Source: Psammoneis japonica (lineage: Eukaryota). From it: a DNA stretch of 64,000 bases. Every line of letters starts with the position of its first letter. The first letter of the stretch is position 1. The stretch spans positions 124,001 through 188,000 of the forward strand of contig QPGO01000118.1 in the NCBI GenBank assembly GCA_008632985.1. Reading direction: 5' to 3'. Under the pieces are notes generated by a model that was given only the letters and a program-made list of their open reading frames with translations, was not told where the DNA came from and did not search any database. The position numbers were made by a program, and so were the translations under genes. This document shows, one piece after another, positions 13,421 to 23,352 of the stretch.

Positions 13421-14719
13421 ATGACGACATTATCTGCCGAAAACACCTCGTCCATTGCTACACTCGTCAAGGATGCCAAGACCTTGTATGAGAGTCTCCA
13501 TGACGCTAGTAGTACTTCTGCTAACGCTATAACGACGGTCGCCCCGGGCCGAGTGAATTTGATTGGAGAGCACACGGATTACACGGGTGGCTACGTGTTG
13601 CCGCTCGCCATTGATTATTCCACCGTGGTGTATGGAACGGGAGAACTAGTTGATGGAGAAGAAACTACTGTACAATTGACAAGTACCAAGAATCCTGACG
13701 AGCGAAAAGAATTTACGCTAACCAGAAATTCAACACCACCAAAGGATAGTAATCACACTGATTGGACCTTGTACGTCAAGGGGGTCGTGGCCATGTATTT
13801 GCCAGATTTGCCACTTCATCAATCATTCAATCTCGTTCTCGCCATTGCCGGTAACGTTCCGTTGGGTGGGGGCTTGTCAAGTAGTGCGTCGCTCGAAGTG
13901 GCCGTGGCAAGGATGCTAGAACAAGTCTTGGCAAATCACGCGTATTCGTCGTGCCAAAAGGATGATGATTCGTTTTCACCAAGCAAACAACGAGCCCTGC
14001 GTTGTCAAGCAGCCGAAAATAATTGGTGTCATTCACCTTGTGGAATTATGGATCAATACATTTCCTCCGCCGCCTCGCAAGGTACACTACTCTTGATTGA
14101 TTGCCGCTCGTTGGAGTTTGAACGCGTCCAAATGGCCCCACAACAACAGCCTGTTTTGGTTGTCACGAATTCACACGTCAGTCACTCCATTGGTGGAGGT
14201 GAATATCCCAAGCGTGTTGAGCAATGCAAGACGGCAACAGCAGCCTTGCAAAAGCAAAACAGCAACATTCAATCGTTGCGCGATGCCACGTTGGAAAATG
14301 TCGAAAACGCAAAAGAAAGCATGGACGATACTACTAGTTACAAGCGTGCCAAGCACGTGGTGACGGAAAATGCTCGCGTCTTGCGTGCCAAGACTTGTTT
14401 GGAATCGGGTGATTGGAAACAATTGGGAATGCTCTTAAATGAAAGCCACACCAGCATGAGAGACGATTACGAGGTGAGCTGCAAGGAAATTGACATCTTG
14501 GTGGATTTGGCCCAATCCTTTTCCGGCGTGTATGGATCGCGCTTGACGGGTGGAGGCTTTGGTGGATGCACCGTGACCTTGGTGGAAAAGTCACGTGTGA
14601 CGTCTCTCATGGAGCATTTGAAAAAAGAGTACAAGTCCAAGACTGGCAAGGATTGCACCTGTTTTGAAACGACTCCGTCCGAGGGAGCAAGGGTGCTTGA
14701 CGCAGAATCAATGCTGTAA
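13421..14719 (+). CDS. GALK: Galactokinase
   Basis: APGRVNLIGEHTDY, PLGGGLSSSA, CGIMDQ and GSRLTGGGFGGC GHMP-kinase motifs; single exon of 432 aa. Confidence 0.96.
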   Translation: MTTLSAENTSSIATLVKDAKTLYESLHDASSTSANAITTVAPGRVNLIGEHTDYTGGYVLPLAIDYSTVVYGTGELVDGEETTVQLTSTKNPDERKEFTLTRNSTPPKDSNHTDWTLYVKGVVAMYLPDLPLHQSFNLVLAIAGNVPLGGGLSSSASLEVAVARMLEQVLANHAYSSCQKDDDSFSPSKQRALRCQAAENNWCHSPCGIMDQYISSAASQGTLLLIDCRSLEFERVQMAPQQQPVLVVTNSHVSHSIGGGEYPKRVEQCKTATAALQKQNSNIQSLRDATLENVENAKESMDDTTSYKRAKHVVTENARVLRAKTCLESGDWKQLGMLLNESHTSMRDDYEVSCKEIDILVDLAQSFSGVYGSRLTGGGFGGCTVTLVEKSRVTSLMEHLKKEYKSKTGKDCTCFETTPSEGARVLDAESML

Positions 14720-15153
14720 AAGATTCCTTTTTCCGATATTATTCGCTCTTCTTTCCCCGAATTGGTCCGTGCTGTTTGAGACCACTTCAAAGCTTACTAT
14801 AAGTTTCGGCACGGTCTGTTCTGGCATCTGCGCCAATCATGCTTTCTCGAGACAAGTCGATTTGCTTTCCAGACGCACACTTGCTTGTTTTATTGCCTCT
14901 GCGCGCGCGCGGCGCTTTTCTACTAAAGCACTAGGCCCTAAGGTGTATCGCACTGTATGTTGAAAACTCGCGCAGAACGGCGTGTCGTTTTTCGAGCTCG
15001 ACAGCGACTTCGAGCTTATTGCGTTGTCTCTCATAGCAGTGTGTTCGGTGGTGTTGTTGTTGCAATTTGCTGTATAGCGCTGATCATTGCGGCCTGCTCC
15101 TGTGGCGAACGTCTCCCCTCTGAACTCTCTGTGAAAAAGCGTAGACTGAAGTA

Positions 15154-15900
15154 ATGACGAGCAGTGATAACAACAAGACGGCTGGACGCAAGCGCCCGAA
15201 CCAAGACGAAGAAGCAGAAGCGGACTGTCGATCGAGCAAGTCTGCCCGAGTCAATATCGACAATGTTGTCGATTTAACTGGAAGCGACGACGACAAGCTT
15301 GGTGACACTACTGCCAATGATGAGTACCTTGAGCCGATGCAGCCCATTCCAAACTACACGTTTCAGGGATACGGAGTATGCAAATTTGTCATTTATCTCG
15401 CCATCAAGGAAAAGAAGGACTCGCCGTTTTCGCGTGGCCTGCAGCAGTGCGAGTTGTCGTGTCCTGGAAGTATCCATAACCACTGTTTTCAACGTGATGG
15501 AACTCGTCACGTTACCATGTGTGATGGTGTCTTGACGTACGAGCAAGCTCGTGGATTGCGCTTTGTGGGTGAGGAATTTGCTCCCGTCAAGGTCGAGATT
15601 GAGGGGTGGACCCGTTGGCAAGCGGGCTGCTATTTGAAACTCAAACCGTCCACGACAAAAAAGCTCAAGTCGTTGCTTGGACAGATTGAGGGACTACCAG
15701 CGGGGAAACAATCCTGTGACCACTTGTCGCTCTATCGCCTCCGTGGCTACCACAACGCCGCGGTAGCCAAACAAAACTTCAAGACGATTCGCGATGAACT
15801 TGCACGTCATGACTGGGGCAGCGTGCAGGGAGTATCCATTCGAATCAAAGCCATGGGGCCACCGGGATATGACGAATGCATGGTTCTTGCTGGCGTTTAG
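15154..15900 (+). CDS. Hypothetical protein, candidate 2H phosphoesterase (two HxT/S motifs), with a basic NLS-like N-terminus
   Basis: 248-aa ORF of normal composition; RHVTM and DHLSL about 70 aa apart; GRKRP near the N-terminus. Confidence 0.6.
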   Translation: MTSSDNNKTAGRKRPNQDEEAEADCRSSKSARVNIDNVVDLTGSDDDKLGDTTANDEYLEPMQPIPNYTFQGYGVCKFVIYLAIKEKKDSPFSRGLQQCELSCPGSIHNHCFQRDGTRHVTMCDGVLTYEQARGLRFVGEEFAPVKVEIEGWTRWQAGCYLKLKPSTTKKLKSLLGQIEGLPAGKQSCDHLSLYRLRGYHNAAVAKQNFKTIRDELARHDWGSVQGVSIRIKAMGPPGYDECMVLAGV

Positions 15901-16194
15901 ACACAAGATAGCAAAAAGCGTTTCAGTGGCTTTGGTAGCGTTCAATTGACTTTGTCGCATGAATGAGCAACCTCAAACCATCTCCCAGCATCAATCTCAA
16001 AAATCGGTATTCTGAATCCGTATTTCATTGACGCTTGGACGACTTTTCTAAGGAGACGAGTCTCGCTCTTTCTGTACAGCAATCTAAGTCCTACTATAAG
16101 CAACTATGAAGTAGTCAAAGTGTGATCCATCGTTAGATATGCGGACCTGTAAAATTGACCCACATCGTTTTCGACTAACTTCTATATTTGTTGG

Positions 16195-18973
16195 CTATGA
16201 AAACACACCAGAGCCCTCATGCTCGCTTTCACCTTGATAAATCTCACCGCTACTGAACGTTGCATTCAAGGACGTGTCGAGAACGTGCTGATTGGAAAGC
16301 ACTGGGGTGCCGTCACTGGAGTCGGGAGGATGAGCTTGGCCCAGTTCATCCGGAACTGTAGCAAACGACGGACCAAAAGCATAAACACTGGCGGGTAGTT
16401 TCTTGTCGTCAAATTGGGCAGGGGTTTCTGCCGTGCCTTCTCCAATGGTCATGTCGCGCACCGACCGGTTCTGACTGCCACTTCCAGCTGAGGATACGGG
16501 AACCTCTATAAACATATCGTGCTCACCAATGGAAGATTCATATTTATATACCTCTTCCTCCTCCTCTTCACTATCAATAGAGGTAAATGGAACAGCAGAA
16601 ATTCCTTCCGCGTCACGTTCTCGCGTCCGTCGCTTTCTTATTCTGAGAATAACAAACGCAAGAACAAAGAAGCCACAGACGCCCATTGTGGCCCAAAGCC
16701 AGGTAAGGTTGGAACTACCACCTCCGCTTCGATCTCGCGTTCCGGGCTCTCCAGATCCGGCTACAATGGATTCCTTGTCGGTTTCATTTCGGAACGTCAC
16801 TCTGATTATATCGGGATGCAAGTCGTCAAAATCGCCATTGTCCATGGCTTCTCGAATGGCGCTTCTCGCCGTCTCGATTTCTTGCGCTACATTGGATACT
16901 TCGGCAGTAAAAAGTGTACCACCACCGTCAATCAAAAAACAGCCAGCTCCCTCGACAATCCTAGGACCCTGACAATTGACTTTGTATTCAATCCTCACCC
17001 GTTAGAAACATGATGGATCGATGATGAAAAATCCCAGAGACCAGCAGGGACTTACCTCCACCCAAGATCGCGGCAGCTGGAAATCGACTGTAACCAACCG
17101 TTTCCAGCCTTCGTTGTCGTTTTGCCATGGCAGCGCATTCTCGAGGGAATAGCGCTGGTAGTAGCCTACGACTGACGGCATCATCTATAACAGACAGAAA
17201 CCCATTCACTGTCTCTTCATCCGCTTGAGTCTCAACTTGATAAAAATATTCAAGCTCGGTGCCAGCCTGGTCGGTAGCACCAAAGAGACCAGAAGATCCT
17301 ACCGTACACATTTCTAATGGTTGAGATGGCTTTGCGGTTGCTGTCGGCTCTGTCGATGGAATCATGGACTGTGGAGCGGCCGTTGCGGTGGGTGCCGAGG
17401 ACAAGGATGGTACCAAAGATGGATTGGGTGTGCTCGTTGGCATGGGACTTGCTGTTGGTACAAAAGGAAATGTCGCTGGTGGCGGCGTTCTAGTTGGAAC
17501 ATTGGGTGGGTTCGTAGTAGATGACGGAGAACCAGGTGACATTGTGCTTGGTGAAAAATTCGGGGAAGCGTTTGGCGCCAAAGTGGACCCATTCGGAGAA
17601 GTTGTAGTGCTTGGTGTAGATGGAATCCCTCCTGGATTCAAATTTGGTGAGGATGTTGGTGAGCCATTCGGTCCCTGAAAAGGTCCATATGGAGATGAAG
17701 TTGACTGCGGTCCACCTGGGTTTAAAGATGGCGAGGGATTTGGCATGCCATTGGGCGGCTGAGACGACCCATCTGGGGAAGGTGTAGTTTGAGTTCCACC
17801 TGGGCTCAAAGATGGAGAAAAGTTTGGTGAATTATTTGGCGGCTGAGAAGATCCATCAGGCGGCAGTGTTGTTCCTGGCGCGGTTGGTGTTCCTCCAGGG
17901 TTGAAACTCTGTGAATCATTGGGCGGCTGAGAAGATCCACCAGGCGAAGGGGTTATTCCCGGCGAGGTTGGGAACCCGCTAGGATTTGAATGCGGAGAGC
18001 CCGGGGTTCCAGGTGAATTATTTGGCGGCTGAGAAGATCCATCAGGCGGCAGTGTTGTTCCTGGCGCGGTTGGGGTTCCTCCAGGGTTGAAACTCTGTGA
18101 ATCATTGGGAGGCTGAGAAGATCCATCAGGCGACGGGGTTATTTCCGGCGAGGTTGGGAACCCGCTAGGATTTGAATGCGGAGAGCCCGGGTTTCCAGGA
18201 GTTGGTAAAACATTGGGTGGCTCAGAGGTGCCGTCCCGCGTCGGGGAAGTTCCTAGTGAGGTTGGGACTGCACTAGGAATTGAGTTTGGTGTGGTGTTCG
18301 GTGATTGAAAGGGACCAGTGGACGAAGGACTGGTTCCCGAATTGGTAGGAAGACCTCCTGGATTTGGGTTCGACGGAGGATCTGAACCTTGAATTCTAGA
18401 CCCAGATGTTCCAGACGACTGGCCAGCAGAAGAAGGAGCAGGGTGGGGGTTCGGGCGTTCAAAGAGGTTGTTGGAACCATTGCCACTGCTGGATTTAACT
18501 GGAGTCGATGTATTACTAGATCCTCCTGCACTGGATGGACTCTGAGAACCAGGCTTGATCTGACTCGATGGTTTTGTTTTGCTCCGATTGGATGGCCTTG
18601 GATTAGGCTTAGGTGCTGGCTTTGGAGCTGGCTTCTTTGTTCTGCTCTGACTTGGAGGTTCTGGCTTCGGTTTTGGTCTTGGCTGCGGAACAGGTCGCTT
18701 TGTCTTCTTTGGCGTCGGGGGTTTAGGTTTTTGGATTGGTCTTCTTGTTTTGTCTGGGATTGGAGGCCTGGGTTTCGTCTTTTTCGATGGTCCTCCCTTC
18801 TTTCCCGAACCGCGTGACCCTCCCTTCTTACCCCCCTTGCCACGCCCTCCTTTCTTGCCGGCTTTTGATCCCAGCTGGCGTTCTTGTATCAATGACAAGA
18901 ATGTCGTCTCTCCGCTGCAATCATCAGTATTTCGTCGACGCACATTTCCGACGAAAACAGCCTCTTGATCCAT
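16195..18973 (-). CDS. Pro/Ser/Thr/Gly-rich mucin-like single-pass membrane protein (intron 17055-16980; true start probably further upstream)
   Basis: 661-aa and 267-aa ORFs join in frame via GTAAG...AAAG; TM segment WLWATMGVCGFFVLAFVIL followed by RIRKRR; 186-bp internal tandem repeat at about 17826-18195. Confidence 0.75.
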
Positions 18974-19609
18974 GCCACCTATTTTGGGTGCGATTTTCTA
19001 CAACCAATCACACGACAAGAATACCTCGTCAATTTCTATGTCATCGATTTGTTGTGACTTTGGAACTTCTTTGTGGTTTTATAAGACTTCCAATCTGTAA
19101 CGCAAGACACCAGTCACTGCTGTCGGCCAAATTTTGAGTTTGTGTACGGTTGTCTTCCAATCAGTCCCACCCAGTCGTTCAAATTTTTACTATTGATTAT
19201 TATGAGGTTTCCTTAGGAAATGAAAGTTGTATAGACTTTAATTATTGAATATTTCAACGGAGATTTATTATGACGAAAATTTTCGATGATTCGTGATAAA
19301 TCCTCATAAAAAGAGATATGGAAGATTTTACTATCTCGAAATTTGGGCGATTCACATCTAAATTAAGAATGACAAAAATTCCGAAAGACCTCGAATCATC
19401 ATCAATCCGTGATCATCCTGCAAAGCACATAATGTACAACTAGATCGTACTCGGTACGAAAGAAGTTAACCACATTCATCACACGATGCTACGTTGTCGT
19501 CGGTGGTTGCCATCATTATAATAGTGCCCCATATTGTACGTCGGTCGTCGGTGGAGGTGCCAAACTAGGACGTAGTCTCCTTTGCCCTCCACAAATCGAG
19601 AGTGTGACA

Positions 19610-20847
19610 ATGGCAGAGAGCTATGACAAAAAAGTTACCAAGGCGATTCGGGCAGACGTGAAAATTATATCAGTGAGCGAAGATCCTCAGGCTTCTTTTG
19701 ATGTAGGAGGAACAGAACTGCCGCTGACATTAAGCAAGACGGGTGGCCGATGTACCTCGGCGTTGTTAGATGCCGTTAAAAATGAGTCCCTTCAGGGCAA
19801 ATCATGGGTAGAAACACTACAACAAATGAAGAAAGTTATGGGAAGCACGCAGATGCCAGTGCTGTCGAGTTCAAGAATGCTTGATGTCAACGAGTCGTTT
19901 CGTGTTGCTCCGCCGCACTCAGTGAAAGGAGGCACCCGCCGGGCTGTTCTGGTAGGCATCAACTACGGTGGCAAAAAGGGTGAACTCAGCGCATGCCACA
20001 AAAGTGTACTCGGTGTACATGGGTTTTTGACGCGCTCAGCAGATTTCAAGGATTCGAACATTGTGGTGCTCATGGATGATGGCATTAACAACTCGCCGAC
20101 CCGCGAAAATATTCTCAACGCGTATGAGCATATTGTTCGACAAAGCCAGGCTGGTGATTCTGCCTTTTGTCAATTTGTGGGTACGTGTGTGTGTAAAGCG
20201 ATTGCTTCTCGACAAAATGGACTGCAATATCGCCCGTGTGTTGGAGCCTGTTAGTAACGCCTTTTCTTTTGCTTGGACCTTCTATAAAGGCCACAGCGGC
20301 AGAATTGACAACCCAAAAAGTATGTTCTTCGATTCAGCATTAATATCGCAGTAATATATTAACCTCAACAGCACTTCCATTTGCTTTAGGTGGCAGCAAA
20401 GATGGACATCACAAGACTCTGATCCCGGTTGATTTTGACACTTCGGGGCACATTCTCGACAAAGACATTTTTGAGCAGCTTGTGTGTCCCATGCCGGCGG
20501 GTGTCACAATGACATGTCTAATGGATTGCTGCCATGGGGGAGCAATTGTCGAGCTGCCCTATCGATTAATGCTAGATAAGGAGAACCCAGGAATGTTTCC
20601 AAATGAAGAATGCAACGTTAGCTTCATATTAGGAATGACGATTGGACTGGGTATAATTGGCGGAGTGATGGCTGTCACTGGAAACAACAACGAGGGTGGG
20701 ACTACTGCCGACGCCCCTGCTGGTGCTACGACGGTGGAGGCGACATCGGATGCTGCCCCCGACTCGGGAAATGATGCAGGAGAATGTTGTGAATGCGACT
20801 TATTTAGTGGTTGCTGGGAGGAGCTCTTCGGGGGCTGCTGTCCATAG
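19610..20847 (+). CDS. Divergent type III (p10-p20 swapped) metacaspase-like protein (exons 19610-20180, 20290-20319, 20390-20847)
   Basis: [26 protein letters not shown], spliced FVGHSG, TLIPVDF and CLMDCCH; same intron positions as the paralog at 28402. Confidence 0.85.
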
Positions 20848-21199
20848 CATTCACGACCTCGAACAGATCAAATCACTATCGTTTTGCACGTTGAAGAAAA
20901 GATCCGCCTTTTTTGTTTCGTCGGCTCATTGAAAACGTCGTATCGGCGGGTATAAATCAGGCTCCTTCACAAAAAGCTGAACTTACAGCTGGATTTCTAA
21001 CGCAGCGGGGTCTAATTTGTTGTGGAGACTCAGATCTTGTTTCGTGGATGCGTTTGGTGTCTCAATAGTACAGTTGTCGGATGGGTGTGTTGTTACGTCA
21101 CTCTATCCCCTTTGCTAGTTGTAATCAAAGCTAAATGACACGTCTAAATTATCACAGACCTTCGAGAGATGCCCTCATGATAAATGTAGCTTGCAAGCG

Positions 21200-22720
21200 C
21201 GAAAAGTCGCACTTCCATTGGCAATCGCAACGCCAGCATCACTGCATGAAAAGCAGAGGAGATCTGACAGCTTGGGGCCACATCATGCAATGATTGCAGT
21301 GGAGGAATTCAAAAAGTCACACACAGTGTTATGATGGAAAGATCCACTGCTGCGGTGCTTTGCAGACATTCTGCAGACCGCATTATGTCGACACTTCATC
21401 CTTGGATGTGCGCCATTTTGTGAGTGTTTCATTTGGATGCAAAACACAATCAAGGCCTCAAAGATCCATTTCACTTGAGGAATGCCGTTCTTGTTGTGAG
21501 TCTCTGTCCTGGCAAATTTCTAAGATGTCCTTGGCACTGTGGACACTTGACCCATCAAAAAGCATGAGGCCATTCTTCCAGGGATCGGGGGTCTTTCCTG
21601 AGGATGCCAGGTGTGTCAAACACAAAGCCATCTTGAAGACGCGTTCCAGGTCTAGGTGGGACCTCGTACTACTGAACTGTGACATCGATAGTTTTTTGAA
21701 TCTCGTCGTATGTCGCGCACGTAGAATTCTACGTGATTTTTTGATATTTTGTGTCATTTTACGGTACACTTATTGAGCGATCCGTCCAAAAACTTTTGAC
21801 ATTTTTTGTTACAGCGCGATTCTATAATGTCTTAAGAATCGCGTAGGGCAGGTGCATTTGCAAAAACGTCGAGTGGTAAGAGGCATAATTGTACCACAAA
21901 CTTGGCCGTTTATTTGATGTTGAAGATAAATATATCCATTAATTAAATTCTCGTACTACGGAGCTCGCACGTAGAATTCTACGGGCCAAATGTCACACGG
22001 AGTCCCACCTAGGGCTGGAACGCGTCTGAAGAACTTTGTCTTTTGCTTTTTGCAGAGTGGACAAACAACCATCTTCAGTTGCTCCAATGATTGTGTCATG
22101 GTTTTTACCTGTTGTTCAAAGAATGACAGTGTCGCCAGATTTGAGGCAAGCAAAAGCAAACATTTTGTTGATGCAAGCACCACCCCTCTCTGCTGCTGCA
22201 ACCTCTCCTTTTCTTCACCATTCTGCTCACTTTCCTCTGCAAGCATGTCTCAACATCATGGCATTCCAGCCTGGACAGTGAACAAATGGTGTCATCAACT
22301 GGCTGCATCAAACACCTTTGAGTGTTTTCATGAGAGGGGCTGCTCCTCGGCTGGCGGGGGCACGGCACAAAGAGTCCTTCTGCCTTGTGGTGGCGGCGCC
22401 AAAGGCCGAGCAAAGAATCAACCACAGATGAGGGTCATGAGCACATCTTTGAAAACCATTTGCAACATGATCATTCTGTTCAAAAGATCTTGATTGATGC
22501 GGCTGAAGTCCAGCCTGCACCATCTGATTGCTGCGCTGCTCCTGGCGTGCAGCCGTGGCTGGGCTGGAGTTGCCCCCTGTTGCCCTGAATCAAGCTAACC
22601 CAAATCTGGCACCTGTGCAGATTGCAGATGAATCAGGAATGGGATGAATGCAAGCACAAATGTGACTTCCCACGACATCCTCAACCAATGCATGTGCATG
22701 GTGTTTTTCGATCTCGTGTT
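21200..22720. other. TpA-depleted patch interrupted by a TA-retaining MITE
   Basis: TA rare at 21200-21637 and 22030-22720 but abundant at 21638-22026. Confidence 0.75.
21638..22026. mobile_element. MITE, copy A (389 bp, 25-bp TIRs, 4-bp TSD TGAA)
   Basis: Left GACGCGTTCCAGGTCTAGGTGGGAC; right GTCCCACCTAGGGCTGGAACGCGTC (2 mismatches); TGAA at 21634-21637 and 22027-22030; second copy at 38601-38952. Confidence 0.92.
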
Positions 22721-22817
22721 GCGCAACGTAAGATTTCAACGGAAGCATGTCCAGACGTACAGTGCGGTAGATGCAGCGTAGGCAGCGGTTATGTACCTAA
22801 AAACATCTGAAATTAAC

Positions 22818-22935
22818 AGGAACGACCATTCAAAGATGACAGCACCGCTTCCCGTCTGCTCAGCGAATTTAAGCATCTTCTGGCCCGGTTAGTACTACGG
22901 TGGGGGACCACGTTGGAATCCCGGGTGTTGTTCTT
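22818..22935 (+). rRNA. 5S rRNA: 5S rRNA gene (single, dispersed copy)
   Basis: About 118 nt; 5' GGAACGAC pairs with 3' GTTGTTCT; internal CCGCTTCCCGTCTGCTCAGCGAATTTAAGC and GTTAGTACTACGGTGGGGGACCAC; followed by a T-run terminator. Confidence 0.93.
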
Positions 22936-23352
22936 TTGTTGATGATTTCAAAAACGAGTTGTTGTTTTGTGTATTGCAGTTCATTCTGTCCATCGTTTCC
23001 GCTCGTTCGGATGACCGCCATGCTGGGAGTTGGAGTCCAAGCCATGGATGTGCTTTTTTGTGCAGTTTTTTTTTTTCGATGTGGGAACGACTTGCTTGGC
23101 ATTGCTAATTTTTAAAATTTAACTGACAAACGTTATATTTATTCAAGTTAAAAGCCGTTAATAAAACCGTTGAATCGATAAAATTTTAAATAGTAATGAA
23201 GATTATTTTAACTGCAATGCACGTGTCTCCTAAGTATGTACCAGGTAAGTACTGTGATTCTCGTATGTGGCTTATGGTACTTTGCCTACGGGAGGACGGC
23301 ATCGCGTTATTACGAGCTCGAGCTCAGAAGATATCCGACACAGCCTCAAGCC

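Noticed and set aside
21458..21637. DDE_1 (pogo-like) transposase fragment suggested by LMLFDGSSVH
   Set aside because: A single short motif in degenerate sequence with no other supporting blocks.
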